Assembly (NCBI GenBank): GCA_963793675.1
Contig: CAWCBA010000005.1
Location: 344,645-408,644 of the forward strand
Direction: 5' to 3'
DNA length: 64,000 nucleotides
DNA from: an uncultured Gammaproteobacteria bacterium
GTDB lineage: Bacteria > Pseudomonadota > Gammaproteobacteria > Steroidobacterales > Steroidobacteraceae
Made by a program: the position numbers and the translations under genes. Shown piece after piece: positions 19,734-31,954 of this stretch. Numbering within the stretch: position 1 is the stretch's first letter; each line of letters starts with the position of its first letter. The notes under the pieces are model-generated. The model was not told where the DNA came from. It made no database searches and saw nothing but the letters and a program-made list of their open reading frames with translations.

Positions 19734-20615
19734 TCAGGCGATCCCCACGCCTGCAGCCTTCATGGCGGCCAGCAACTCGGCCTCGAGGTGCTCGGATAAC
19801 CAGGTCAGCGGCAGCCGAATGCCCCGCTCCATCAAGCCCATCCGGGCCACGGCCCACTTGACGGGGATCGGGTTCGGCTCGACGAACATCGCCAGGTGCA
19901 GCGGCATCAGCTTCTCGTTGAGCGCCGCAGCCTCCGCATACCGGCCTTCGAGCGCCGCCACGCACATGTCGTGCATCGCACGCGGTGCGACGTTGGCTGT
20001 CACCGAAATCACGCCACAGGCACCCCGCTTCATCAGTTCGGCAGCCGTCGGATCGTCGCCGCTCAGCAGCAGGAAGCCTGGTCTGACCGCGCCCAGGATC
20101 GATTCGGCTCGCGACATGTCGCCCGTCGCCTCCTTGATGCCCACGATCCGCGGATGCTCGGCCAACCGCACGACAGTCTCGGGCAGCATGTCGCACACGG
20201 TGCGACCGGGCACGTTGTAGAGAATGACCGGTACGTTGACCGAATCAGCGATGGCGCTGAAATGACGGTACAAGCCTTCCTGCGTGGGCCGGTTGTAGTA
20301 GGGCACGACGGTGAGCAGTCCATCGGCGCCGGCGGCGGCCAGCTCGCGCGACAGTTCGATGCTCTTCGCCGTGGAGTTCGTGCCGCTGCCGGCGATGACC
20401 GGCATGCGACCGGCGACGCGCGCCTTGGCGCGCCGGACCAGTTCCGCGACCTCAGCCGGCTCGAGGGTCGGGGATTCCCCGGTCGTGCCGGCAACGACGA
20501 CGGCGTCGGTGCCTTCAGCGACGTGAAAATCCAGCAGGCGCTCCCAGGCCTGGAAATCGACCGCCCCGTCGGCGCGCATGGGCGTCACGAGCGCAGGGAT
20601 GCTGCCTTTGAACAT
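19734..20615 (-). CDS. dapA: 4-hydroxy-tetrahydrodipicolinate synthase
   Basis: 293-aa ORF with VVAGTTGESPTL and IVGIKEATGD (Schiff-base Lys region). Confidence 0.95.
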   Translation of the reverse strand: MFKGSIPALVTPMRADGAVDFQAWERLLDFHVAEGTDAVVVAGTTGESPTLEPAEVAELVRRAKARVAGRMPVIAGSGTNSTAKSIELSRELAAAGADGLLTVVPYYNRPTQEGLYRHFSAIADSVNVPVILYNVPGRTVCDMLPETVVRLAEHPRIVGIKEATGDMSRAESILGAVRPGFLLLSGDDPTAAELMKRGACGVISVTANVAPRAMHDMCVAALEGRYAEAAALNEKLMPLHLAMFVEPNPIPVKWAVARMGLMERGIRLPLTWLSEHLEAELLAAMKAAGVGIA

Positions 20616-20731
20616 TCGTCGGGCGCCTCGGTGGGACGACTGCTCATGCTACGCAAGCGGAAAGCAGCGAAGCAAGGCAAAATCACGGTACACGTGCCCG
20701 TGCGGCGCCGATACACTGAGTCCAAGCATCC

Positions 20732-21262
20732 ATGAAGCAACTGATCGCGATCTGCGCCATTGGCAACGACCGGACCGGGCTGGTCTACGACCTGACCCGT
20801 GTGGTCGCCGAATGTGGCGGCAACGTCCTCGAAAGCCGCATGACGGCGCTCGGCAACGAGTTCGCCATGCTGCTGCTCGTCGCTGGCAACTGGCACACGC
20901 TGGCCAAGCTCGAAGGCGAACTCGCCAAGCTCGGCGAAGCCTCCGGCCTCACGATCACGGTGCATCGTACCGAGCAGCGCCCTCCCCGCGTCGACATGGT
21001 CAGCTACACGGTCGATGTCGTGTGCCTCGACCAGCCGGGCGTATTGCACACGCTGTCCGGCTTCTTCTCGTCGCGCGGCATCGACGTGGGCGACATCAGC
21101 ACTCGCACCTACAACGCCGCGCACACGGGCGCCCCGATGTTCTCTGTTTACATGGTCATCCACGTGCCGACGCGGATCCACATCGCCGCGCTGCGCGAAG
21201 AGTTCATGGATCTCTGCGATCACATGAACCTGGACGCCATCCTCGAACCGCTGAAGTCCTGA
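20732..21262 (+). CDS. gcvR: glycine cleavage system transcriptional repressor (two ACT domains)
   Basis: 176-aa ORF with tandem ACT-like halves (GNDRTGLVYDLTRVV.. / LDQPGVLHTLSGFF..). The dapA / gcvR-bcp arrangement matches E. coli. Confidence 0.85.
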   Translation: MKQLIAICAIGNDRTGLVYDLTRVVAECGGNVLESRMTALGNEFAMLLLVAGNWHTLAKLEGELAKLGEASGLTITVHRTEQRPPRVDMVSYTVDVVCLDQPGVLHTLSGFFSSRGIDVGDISTRTYNAAHTGAPMFSVYMVIHVPTRIHIAALREEFMDLCDHMNLDAILEPLKS

Positions 21263-21274
21263 GCCACTCAACCC

Positions 21275-21748
21275 ATGCCTGAAAAGACCGTAACGCTCGA
21301 CCGCAAGGTGCCTGCCTTCTCCGCTGCCGCCAGCGGTGGCAGGAAATGGCGGCTGGCCGATGCCGCCGGCAAGAACCTCGTCGTCTATTTCTATCCGAAG
21401 GACAACACGTCGGGCTGCACCAGGGAAGGCGAGGCTTTCCGCGACCTGCACGCGAAGTTCAAGAAGGCCGGTACGGTGGTCGTAGGCGTTTCGCCGGACA
21501 GCGTCGCATCGCACGACAAGTTCATCGCCAGGTACGGTTTCACGTTTCCGCTGCTCGCCGACGAGGACAAGGCCGTGTGCCAGCTGTTCGACGTGTGGAA
21601 GGAAAAGAGCATGTACGGCAGGAAGTACATGGGCGTCGAACGCAGCACCTTCCTGATTGACGCCAAGGGGGTGCTGCGCAGGGAATGGCGCAAGGTGAAA
21701 GTGCCCGGCCACGCGGAAGAAGTGCTCGCCGCTGCTGCGGCGCTCTGA
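21275..21748 (+). CDS. bcp: thiol peroxidase Bcp (paralogue 2)
   Basis: 157-aa ORF with VVYFYPKDNTSGCTREGEAF. Confidence 0.9.
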   Translation: MPEKTVTLDRKVPAFSAAASGGRKWRLADAAGKNLVVYFYPKDNTSGCTREGEAFRDLHAKFKKAGTVVVGVSPDSVASHDKFIARYGFTFPLLADEDKAVCQLFDVWKEKSMYGRKYMGVERSTFLIDAKGVLRREWRKVKVPGHAEEVLAAAAAL

Positions 21749-21802
21749 CGCGGCGGATCGTCGCTGCCCCTTCCCGTCACCACCACATCAGCGGAGCCCG
21801 AC

Positions 21803-23227
21803 TTGGCAAAGACCCGGAAGCAGATCGAACCCCGCAGGATCTACGTTCTCGACACCAACGTCATGATGCACGACCCCTCGGCCATATTCCGGTTCGAGGA
21901 GCACGACATCTTCATTCCCATGACCGTGCTCGAAGAACTCGACGCCGGCAAGAAAGGGCTTTCGGAATCGGCCCGCAACGTTCGACAGGTCAGCCGTTTT
22001 CTCGACGAGCTGATGGCGAACTCGGACAAGCTGCAGATCGATCACGGCATCGAATTGCCCTCGGCGAAGTTCACGCCGGGCGGCAAGAAGCCGCCGAGCG
22101 GCCGCCTCTATTTCCAGACCAGGCAGCTCAACGGCAACCTGCCTGCCACCCTCCCCGGCCACGGTGCCGACAATGCAATCCTCGCTCAGACGCTCGCGCT
22201 GCAGCAGGAGCACCGCGACGCACGCGTCACGCTGGTGTCCAAGGACATCAACCTGCGCATCAAGGCGGCAATCCTGGGGGTGCGCGCCGAGGACTATTAC
22301 AGCGACAAGACGATCGAGGACGCCGACCTCCTCTATACCGGCATCGAAAAGCTGCCAGGCAATTTCTGGGACAAAGCGGGCCGCAAGCTCGAATCCTGGC
22401 ACGAGGCCGGCGGCCGCTCGTTCTACCGCGTGCGCAACAAGCTGGCTGCCAACTGGGCGCCCAATCAATTCGTCTACCAGGCCGACGACCACGGCCTCGA
22501 AGGCATCGTGCGTTCGGTCGAAGGCGAGTCTGCCGTCATAGAAGTGGCGCGCGACTACCGCAGCGAGCGCCACGGCGTCTGGGGCATCAGCGCGCGCAAT
22601 CGCGAGCAGAACTTCGCGCTCAACCTGCTGCTCGATCCAGACATCGACTTCGTCACCATCCTCGGTCCAGCGGGCACGGGCAAGACGCTGCTGACGCTGG
22701 CCGCGGGACTGTCGCAGGCCCTCGAGACGAACCGCTACACCGAGATCATCATGACGCGAGTGACGATCCCGCTGGGCGAGGACATCGGCTTCCTGCCAGG
22801 CACGGAAGAGGAAAAGATGGAGCCATGGATGGGCGCGCTGATGGACAACCTCGAGGTCCTGACACAAAGCCAGGAAGGCGGCAGCTGGGGTCGTGCCGCC
22901 ACCAACGACCTGCTGCGCAACCGCATCAAGATCCGCTCGCTCAATTTCATGCGCGGCCGCACTTTCCTTAACCGCTACCTGATCCTGGACGAGGCGCAGA
23001 ACCTGACTCCCAAGCAGATGAAGGCGCTGGTGACGCGGGCTGGCCCGGGGACCAAGCTGGTCTGTCTCGGCAACATCGCCCAGATCGATTCGCCGTACCT
23101 CTCCGAGACCACCTGCGGCCTCACCTACGTCGTGAACCGGTTCCGCGGCTGGCAGCACTACGGCCACATTACCCTGACCCGCGGCGAACGCTCACGCCTC
23201 GCGGATTTCGCCTCCGAGACGCTGTAG
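21803..23227 (+). CDS. PIN domain + PhoH-like ATPase (PhoH2/YlaK family)
   Basis: N-terminal PIN (IYVLDTNVMMHDP) and C-terminal PhoH with Walker A GPAGTGKT and LILDEAQNLT. Confidence 0.9.
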   Translation: MAKTRKQIEPRRIYVLDTNVMMHDPSAIFRFEEHDIFIPMTVLEELDAGKKGLSESARNVRQVSRFLDELMANSDKLQIDHGIELPSAKFTPGGKKPPSGRLYFQTRQLNGNLPATLPGHGADNAILAQTLALQQEHRDARVTLVSKDINLRIKAAILGVRAEDYYSDKTIEDADLLYTGIEKLPGNFWDKAGRKLESWHEAGGRSFYRVRNKLAANWAPNQFVYQADDHGLEGIVRSVEGESAVIEVARDYRSERHGVWGISARNREQNFALNLLLDPDIDFVTILGPAGTGKTLLTLAAGLSQALETNRYTEIIMTRVTIPLGEDIGFLPGTEEEKMEPWMGALMDNLEVLTQSQEGGSWGRAATNDLLRNRIKIRSLNFMRGRTFLNRYLILDEAQNLTPKQMKALVTRAGPGTKLVCLGNIAQIDSPYLSETTCGLTYVVNRFRGWQHYGHITLTRGERSRLADFASETL

Positions 23228-23273
23228 GTCGTCCCGAGGAACCCTCGGCAGGGTCCGCTGTCAGAGGGAACAC

Positions 23274-24818
23274 ATGAATCTCACCACCATCCTGCGCCGT
23301 TCCCGCCTGGCAGCGCTCGCCCTCGTGCTGGCCACTGCGCCGGCGTTGGCACAGTCCCAGAGGTCGTCGCAGGACCAGCTTCCCGAGATGGGGACGGCGG
23401 CCCAGGCTGCGCTCAGCCTCGAGGACGAGAGCCAGATCGGTCGCATGGTCATGCGGAACCTGCGCGAGTCCGGCATGGTCCTCGAGGACCCGGAGGTGCA
23501 CGAATACATCCAGTCGCTGGGGCTGCGGCTGTCGAGCCTTGCCCAGGATGGCAACCGCAACTTCAATTTCTTCGTCGTGCGCGATCCGGCCATCAACGCG
23601 TTCGCCCTGCCAGGCGGGTACGTCGGCATTCACTCGGGCCTCATGCTCGAGACGCGCAATGAGAGCGAGCTCGCCGGCGTGCTGGCGCACGAGGTGGCGC
23701 ACGTCACGCAGCGGCACATTGCGCGCGGACTCGAAGCACAGTCACGCGCAAACCTGATGTCCACGGCCGCAATGCTCGCGGCGATCCTGGTGGGCGCGGT
23801 CGGAGGCGGCAGTTCGGACGTGACGATGGGCGCGATCAGCGCGGCCCAGAGCATGGCCGCGCAGGCAGGCATCAACTTTACCCGCGACAACGAATACGAG
23901 GCTGATCGCATCGGCATCGGCGTGCTCGCCTCTGCAGGGTTCGATCCAAACGCGATGCCGGCGTTCTTCGACACGATGTTCCGCCGCACCCAGCTCGGCC
24001 CGGACCGCGTGCCCGAGTTGCTGCGCACGCATCCGGTCACCAGCAACCGCATCGCGGAATCCAAGGACCGTGCCTTGCAGTACCCGCAGGTCAACGCGAA
24101 GGACAGCCTCAGCTACGCGCTGATGAAGGAACGCATCCGCGTGCTGCTTGTCTCGCGCAGCGGCGACCCCCGCGACTACTACAACGCGCTCGGCGACAAC
24201 GAAGCCGACCTGACGCTCGCCCAGACTTACGGCCGCGGCCTGTCACAACTTTATGGCAACGAAGCCGAAAAAGCGGTGGTCACGTTCACGCGGTTGCGCC
24301 AGCAGCACCCGGAAGTGATGGCATTCCACACCGCGCTCGGCCAGGCGCAGCTCGCCACGGGCAGGACACAGGCGGCGCTGGAGACGCTGGAACGCGCGCT
24401 CGTGCTGGCCCCCCGCAACGTGCCGGTCACCGTCCGTTATGGCGAGGCACTGATGCAGGCGGGTCGCGCCAAGCGCGCCCACGAAGTGCTGCTCGACCTC
24501 TTCAACAATGTGCCGCCGACGCAGGAGCAGATCCGGCTGACGGCAATGGCCGCCAACGCGGCAGGGGACGTGGCTGACGCCTACTCTTACATGGCGGAAT
24601 ACCACCTGATGGGCGGTGACCTCATGCTCGCCATCAACCAGCTCGAACTTGCGCTGTCGGTACCGAGCATCACGGAACAGCAGCGCGCCAAATTCGTGGC
24701 GCGGCTCAAGGAAGTGCGTGAATGGCTGCCAAAGGAACGCAACCGGTCGAAGCAGCCGTCGGACGAGCAGACGCCGGATGGAGAGCGTTCACCGGACCGG
24801 CAGCGCTCGCCGGGCTAA
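23274..24818 (+). CDS. bepA: M48 family metalloprotease with TPR domain (BepA/YfgC-like)
   Basis: Signal peptide, HEVAH zinc motif and a C-terminal TPR region. Confidence 0.85.
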   Translation: MNLTTILRRSRLAALALVLATAPALAQSQRSSQDQLPEMGTAAQAALSLEDESQIGRMVMRNLRESGMVLEDPEVHEYIQSLGLRLSSLAQDGNRNFNFFVVRDPAINAFALPGGYVGIHSGLMLETRNESELAGVLAHEVAHVTQRHIARGLEAQSRANLMSTAAMLAAILVGAVGGGSSDVTMGAISAAQSMAAQAGINFTRDNEYEADRIGIGVLASAGFDPNAMPAFFDTMFRRTQLGPDRVPELLRTHPVTSNRIAESKDRALQYPQVNAKDSLSYALMKERIRVLLVSRSGDPRDYYNALGDNEADLTLAQTYGRGLSQLYGNEAEKAVVTFTRLRQQHPEVMAFHTALGQAQLATGRTQAALETLERALVLAPRNVPVTVRYGEALMQAGRAKRAHEVLLDLFNNVPPTQEQIRLTAMAANAAGDVADAYSYMAEYHLMGGDLMLAINQLELALSVPSITEQQRAKFVARLKEVREWLPKERNRSKQPSDEQTPDGERSPDRQRSPG

Positions 24819-24821
24819 GGC

Positions 24822-24881
24822 AACGACGACGCCACGCGAATCGGTAGAATGCCGCGCCTGGAGAACGACAGCGTCGTCGTT
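24822..24881. repeat. 11-bp perfect inverted repeat (aacgacgacgc ... gcgtcgtcgtt) with a 38-nt spacer containing TAGAAT
   Basis: The arms are at 24822-24832 and 24871-24881, in the bepA-mlaA spacer. Confidence 0.6.
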
Positions 24882-24905
24882 CCGTCGCCACGGCTGAAGG
24901 GTCCT

Positions 24906-25778
24906 ATGTTGCTCCGCACTTCTCGCAGCGCACCCCGGTCGCTGATCTCCTCCCTGGCGGTTGTCCTCAACCTGCTGGTCGCGGCGGCGTTGCTGGGTGG
25001 CTGCACAACGACGCAGGCCGACGGCAAACCGCGCGAGAAGAACCGTGACCCGGTCGAGAAGTTCAATCGCGGAGTCTACAAGTTCAACGACACCCTCGAC
25101 CGTTACGCGCTGAAGCCCGCGGCCACCGTCTATCACGATTACACGCCGCAACTCGTGCAGACCGGTGTCGGCAACTTCTTCGAGAACCTGGGTTATCCGA
25201 CCACGATCGTGAACCAGTTCCTGCAGGGCAAGTTCAAGGAGGGCGCGCAGGACACCGGGCGCTTCCTGCTGAACACGACACTCGGCTGGGGCGGGTTGAT
25301 CGACGTGGCCTCCGGTGGCACTCGCTTGCCGAGACACGACGAGGACTCGGGCCAGACGCTCGGCCGGTGGGGCGTGCCGCCTGGACCGTACCTCGTGCTG
25401 CCGTTCCTCGGGCCGGCCACGTTGCGGGACACACCGGCACGCATCGCCGACGATTTCACGCAGCCATTCCGCTGGTACAACTCGGGCTCGGAGCGCTGGT
25501 TTTCGCTCGGGCTCAGCTTCATCGACAAACGCGCGCAGTTCCTGCCGCTCGACAACACGCTGGCGCAGACATACGACCCCTACGCATTCGTGCGCAACGC
25601 GTACCTGCAGCGTCGGCAGTACGCGGTGTACGACGGCAATCCGCCGGAAGACAAGCTGTCCGGGGAAGACGAGGACTGGGCCGAGGAAGCGCTGAGGGAA
25701 AGCGAGGAGCCGGCCGCAGACGAAGGCGACGCGGTGGAACCGCCGGCTGATGAAACCGGTGCACCCAGGCGGCAGTGA
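24906..25778 (+). CDS. mlaA: outer-membrane lipoprotein MlaA/VacJ
   Basis: The likely start is MLLRTSRS (ATG 24906) with lipobox LLGGC. VacJ blocks include DPVEKFNRGVYKFND and GPYLVLPFLGP. Confidence 0.9.
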   Translation: MLLRTSRSAPRSLISSLAVVLNLLVAAALLGGCTTTQADGKPREKNRDPVEKFNRGVYKFNDTLDRYALKPAATVYHDYTPQLVQTGVGNFFENLGYPTTIVNQFLQGKFKEGAQDTGRFLLNTTLGWGGLIDVASGGTRLPRHDEDSGQTLGRWGVPPGPYLVLPFLGPATLRDTPARIADDFTQPFRWYNSGSERWFSLGLSFIDKRAQFLPLDNTLAQTYDPYAFVRNAYLQRRQYAVYDGNPPEDKLSGEDEDWAEEALRESEEPAADEGDAVEPPADETGAPRRQ

Positions 25779-25856
25779 GGCTCACGCGCGAATGCGCGGC
25801 TGACGCAGGTGCCGGGCGGCTCGTTCGCGCGCTGTCGCGACCGATATGCGGAGAAC

Positions 25857-26228
25857 TCAGTGCCCGTCGGTGAGCAGGCTTTCGAGGTCCGAGATCCGCG
25901 CGACAGCAAGGATCTGCGCCGGAATGCCTTCGTATTGAATTACCGAGCCTCGCGACTTCGCTGTCGCCAGCCATTCGACCAGTACAGCGAGACCAGCGCT
26001 GTCGGCCTCGGCGACGCGCGACAGGTCGATCGTGCACGTCGCGTCCCTGGGGATCAAGGCGAGACCCGCGGGCAACGCGCGGCCTGCAGTCGCATAGCCG
26101 AGCACCCCGCTCGCCTCGAGCCGGCCCTCGGCCACGCGTTGAATGCTGAATTGATCCACTTCCAGACCGGTGCCTGCTGCCGTCGTCTCAACGACCGGCT
26201 TTGGCCGCCGGGCCCGTGCCGGGCGCAT
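25857..26228 (-). CDS. mlaB: STAS-domain protein MlaB (start uncertain)
   Basis: STAS-like block IDLSRVAEADSAGLAVLVEWL. The ATG at 26228 would overlap mlaC by 41 nt. An internal in-frame GTG (VDQFSIQ..., just downstream of the mlaC stop) would give a product of roughly 100 aa. Confidence 0.7.
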   Translation of the reverse strand: MRPARARRPKPVVETTAAGTGLEVDQFSIQRVAEGRLEASGVLGYATAGRALPAGLALIPRDATCTIDLSRVAEADSAGLAVLVEWLATAKSRGSVIQYEGIPAQILAVARISDLESLLTDGH

Positions 26229-26901
26229 CCGGCTTACCCGCCGCGTTCTGCGCCTCGAGCCGCTGGATCACGGCATCGATGCCCTTCTGGTCGATCTCGG
26301 CGCCGAAGTCCGTGCGGTAGTTCTTGACGTACGAGATCCCTTCAATCGTGACGTCCCAGGCCTTCCAGCCCTGCGGCGTAGCACGCATCGTGTAGTTGAC
26401 CGGTACCGGCGTGCCGTTGCTGCGCTTCACTTCAGTGCGCACGGTCGCGGCGCCCGACGCGAGATCGCCCTTGAAGGGCAGGATCGTCAGGCGGTCGGCG
26501 GTGAATTCGGCGATCGCATCGCCATAGTTGCGCATCAGCGACTGGTAGAAGGCGTCGATGAAGCGCTTCTTCTGGGAGTCGGACGCCGTGCGCCAGTGCT
26601 TGCCCAGCACCAGGCGCGCCGCGTAGTCGACGTCGAAATTCGGCAGCAGGTACTTGTCGGCCAGCGCGCGCAGCCCCGACGGATCCTTGGCGATCGCTGC
26701 CCGGTTCGCGTCGAGCTCGCGCAGCAGGTCCTGCGAGACTTTCTGCATCAGCTCCTGCGGACCGGGTCCTGGCACCGCAACCGCCGACTTGGCGGCGGGC
26801 GCCGTCTGCGCCGGCAGCGGCAGCGGCGCCAGTCCGACCAGCGCAATGACGCACATCGACCAGGCACCGAAGCTGCACTTTGCTGGCATTGCTGGAATCA
26901 C
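26188..26901 (-). CDS. mlaC: phospholipid-binding periplasmic protein MlaC (Ttg2D)
   Basis: 237-aa ORF with a signal peptide, placed inside the mlaFEDCB order. Confidence 0.85.
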   Translation of the reverse strand: MIPAMPAKCSFGAWSMCVIALVGLAPLPLPAQTAPAAKSAVAVPGPGPQELMQKVSQDLLRELDANRAAIAKDPSGLRALADKYLLPNFDVDYAARLVLGKHWRTASDSQKKRFIDAFYQSLMRNYGDAIAEFTADRLTILPFKGDLASGAATVRTEVKRSNGTPVPVNYTMRATPQGWKAWDVTIEGISYVKNYRTDFGAEIDQKGIDAVIQRLEAQNAAGKPDAPGTGPAAKAGR

Positions 26902-27395
26902 TCCTGTGCCGCGGGCGCCGCTGTCGCATTCGACTTCGTGGCGGCCGAATTGAAGAGGTACTTGCTGATCAGGTTTTCGAGCACGATGGCGTCGTTCGCC
27001 ATCACGACCTGTTCACCGTCCTTGTAGGGCTCGTCCGAGCCGCCCGGCGTCAAGCCGATGTACTGGCCGCCGAGCAATCCGGCGGTGTAGATGCTGGCGT
27101 CGCTGTCGTTCGGGATCGCGCGATAGTTGTCGCTGATCCGCATCGTCACGATCGCCTTGTACCGCTTCATGTCGTACTGGATGTCCTCGACCCGGCCGAT
27201 CGTAACGCCGGCCATCGAGACCGGCGCGCCGGGCTTCAGGCCGCCAACGTTCTCGAACGCTGCCAGGAGGCGGTACGAGTCGCTCTTCAACGAGAACCCA
27301 CGGTTCGTGATCTGCGTGACCATGAACAGGATCGCGGCGAAGCCGAGCAACACGAACAGCCCGGTGGAAATGTCGACAGTACGCGTTGAACGCAT
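26898..27395 (-). CDS. mlaD: MCE-domain protein MlaD
   Basis: N-terminal TM followed by an MCE block (GGLKPGAPVSMAGVTIGRVEDI). Confidence 0.9.
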   Translation of the reverse strand: MRSTRTVDISTGLFVLLGFAAILFMVTQITNRGFSLKSDSYRLLAAFENVGGLKPGAPVSMAGVTIGRVEDIQYDMKRYKAIVTMRISDNYRAIPNDSDASIYTAGLLGGQYIGLTPGGSDEPYKDGEQVVMANDAIVLENLISKYLFNSAATKSNATAAPAAQE

Positions 27396-27403
27396 GGTTC
27401 GTC

Positions 27404-28174
27404 CTACAGCATTAAGGCAGTGAGTATGTAATCGAGGATGAGCGTGACGACGGCAGAGATGACCACCGTCCGCGTCGTCGCACGCCCGACGCCCTCGGCC
27501 GTGGGCACTGCATTGTAACCTTCGAAGACAGCGATCAGGCTGCAGGCCACTCCAAACACCAGGCCCTTGATCAGACCTTCGCGAATATCGCTGAGTTCCA
27601 CGGCGCCGCGCATCTGCGACCAGTAGCTGCCGGAGTCGACTCCGAAGAACTCCACGCCGACGAGCTGCGCGCCGAACAGGCCGACCATGATGAAGATCGA
27701 GACCAGCAGCGGCATCGCGATGACGCCCCCGACGAAGCGCGGCAGGACCACGCGTCGCATCGGGTCGACGGCCATGATCTCCATCGCGGCGATCTGGTCA
27801 GTGGCACGCATCAGGCCCAGTTCGGCCGCGAGCGCGGTGCCGGCACGACCAGCGAACAGGAGAGCCGTGACGACGGGACCGAGTTCCCGCAGCAGGCTGA
27901 TCGCGGTCGCGGTGCCGAGGTATTCCTCGGACCCGAAGCGCGTCAGCAGGTCGTAGCCCTGCAGTCCGAGGACCATGCCGACGAAGAGGCCACAGGTCAT
28001 GATGATGACCAGCGACATCGCACCCGTGTTGTACACCTGCTCGACGATCGGCCGGGCGCGCAGCAGGCCGGACGGCAGGATCGCGAACAGCCGCAGTCCG
28101 AAACGCACCAGCAGCCCGACGCGTTCGAGGAACGTCAGGAAGCTCTGCACGAACTCGCGCACGATCGTGATCAT
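27404..28174 (-). CDS. mlaE: ABC permease MlaE
   Basis: 256-aa polytopic ORF, collinear with MlaE/Ttg2B. Confidence 0.9.
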   Translation of the reverse strand: MITIVREFVQSFLTFLERVGLLVRFGLRLFAILPSGLLRARPIVEQVYNTGAMSLVIIMTCGLFVGMVLGLQGYDLLTRFGSEEYLGTATAISLLRELGPVVTALLFAGRAGTALAAELGLMRATDQIAAMEIMAVDPMRRVVLPRFVGGVIAMPLLVSIFIMVGLFGAQLVGVEFFGVDSGSYWSQMRGAVELSDIREGLIKGLVFGVACSLIAVFEGYNAVPTAEGVGRATTRTVVISAVVTLILDYILTALML

Positions 28175-29115
28175 GCGAACACCTTGCCGCCCAGCAGTTG
28201 CTGGTGGTAATCGGGGGCCGGATAATGGAACGGAACCGGACCGTCCGCGAGTCCATCGACAAACTGGTGCACGATCGGCGACGGGTGGTCGCGCAGTTCC
28301 GCCGTCGTGCCGCTTGCCACGACCTTGCCTTCCGAAATAATGAAGCTCGAGTCGGCGATCTGCGAGATTTCACGCACGTCGTGCGTCACCACGATGCTGG
28401 TGATGCCGAGCGCGTCGTTGAGCGAGCGGATGAGTCGCAGCACCACGCCCATTGAAATGGGATCGAGGCCGGCAAAGGGCTCGTCGTAGATGAGGATCTC
28501 GGGATCCATGACGATGGCACGCGCGAGTGCAACGCGTCGTCCCATGCCGCCGGAGAGCTGTTGCGGGTACAGGTCGGCGGCGCCACGCAGGCCGACAGCG
28601 TGCAGTTTCGTCAGCACGATGGTGCGGATCAGGCGCTCCGGCAGCCGGGTATGTTCACGCAGCGGAAACGCGACGTTCTCGAACACGTCGAGGTCCGTGA
28701 GCAGCGCCCCGTTCTGGAACAGCATGCCCATGCGCCGGCGCAGGGCGTACATCTGCTTGCGATTCAGCTTGGCCACGTCGAGGCCATCCACGACCACCTG
28801 GCCGCGGTCCGCACAGACCTGCCCGGTGATGAGCTTCAGCAGGGTGGTCTTGCCCGTGCCGCTCGGTCCCATGATGGCCGTGACCGCGCCGCGGCGGATC
28901 TCGATGTCGAGCCCACTGAAGACGCTCTTGCCCGAGTCCACGGCAAAATGGACACCGCGCAGCACGGCGATCGACGGCGATTGGGCCGCCGGAGCGGAGG
29001 CTGCGGCAGGTCCGGGTTGGTTATTCACGAGTTCGTTGTTTGGTTGCTTAATGGCAACAGACCGCCACGGCCCGTTCGAGTTCCCCGATCTCGAACCACC
29101 GGTGACTGGCGGCAC
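28171..29115 (-). CDS. mlaF: ABC ATPase MlaF (N-terminal ~40 aa of the ORF doubtful)
   Basis: Walker A GPSGTGKTT, signature LSGGMGRRVALARA and Walker B ILIYDEPFAGLD. No convincing SD for any start. Confidence 0.85.
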   Translation of the reverse strand: MPPVTGGSRSGNSNGPWRSVAIKQPNNELVNNQPGPAAASAPAAQSPSIAVLRGVHFAVDSGKSVFSGLDIEIRRGAVTAIMGPSGTGKTTLLKLITGQVCADRGQVVVDGLDVAKLNRKQMYALRRRMGMLFQNGALLTDLDVFENVAFPLREHTRLPERLIRTIVLTKLHAVGLRGAADLYPQQLSGGMGRRVALARAIVMDPEILIYDEPFAGLDPISMGVVLRLIRSLNDALGITSIVVTHDVREISQIADSSFIISEGKVVASGTTAELRDHPSPIVHQFVDGLADGPVPFHYPAPDYHQQLLGGKVFA

Positions 29116-29201
29116 GGCCCACGAGAGCGCGCGATTCTAGCAGATTGGCGGACTTTCCCGTCCCGCATACGCTGCGGTGGGGTTGGCGCGGTGCCCGTAT
29201 A

Positions 29202-29216
29202 GGACTAAAATCGTCC
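29202..29216. promoter_or_regulatory. candidate Rrf2/IscR-type operator (GGAC-N7-GTCC)
   Basis: ggactaaaatcgtcc lies 18 nt upstream of the Rrf2 regulator ATG and next to TATAGG. Confidence 0.3.
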
Positions 29217-29233
29217 CAATTGGAAAACGCGCC

Positions 29234-29713
29234 ATGCTACGCATCAGCAAACTCACCGATTACGGCACGGTCATCCTGGCCTGCCTCGCCACCGCCCCGG
29301 ACCGCCGACTGACGGCGACCGAGGTGGCCGAGCGCACTCGGCTCGGCCTGCCCACGGTCAGCAAGCTCCTGAAGAGCTTCCATCGGGCCGGTCTGCTCAC
29401 CTCCACGCGCGGGTCGCGGGGCGGCTATCAACTTGCCCGTCCGGCTGCGGCGATCAGCGCAGCCGCCATCATCGACGCGATCGAGGGCCCTGTCGCGATC
29501 ACGGAGTGCAGCGGGAACCACAGCGCCTGCGACCTCGAACTGTCGTGCAGCACCGGCAACGCGTGGCAGCGCATCAACGGCGCCATCCGTCGTTCGCTCG
29601 ATGAAATCTCGCTCGCGCAATTGTCGGGACAGGAAGCCGTCGCCGTCTGGCGCCCGGCCCTGTCCGCCGCGGTCCGCGCATCCACCGCGACGCGCGGTCC
29701 CGGCCGGCTCTGA
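29234..29713 (+). CDS. Rrf2 family regulator heading the suf operon (IscR/SufR-like)
   Basis: [11 protein letters not shown] and an HTH ([26 protein letters not shown]), plus a Cys cluster C-x6-C-x5-C ([15 protein letters not shown]). Confidence 0.9.
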   Translation: MLRISKLTDYGTVILACLATAPDRRLTATEVAERTRLGLPTVSKLLKSFHRAGLLTSTRGSRGGYQLARPAAAISAAAIIDAIEGPVAITECSGNHSACDLELSCSTGNAWQRINGAIRRSLDEISLAQLSGQEAVAVWRPALSAAVRASTATRGPGRL

Positions 29714-29724
29714 GGAATTCAAAG

Positions 29725-31173
<1,449 letters not shown>

Positions 31174-31186
31174 TCCACGTCCCAAG

Positions 31187-31950
<764 letters not shown>

Positions 31951-31954
<4 letters not shown>

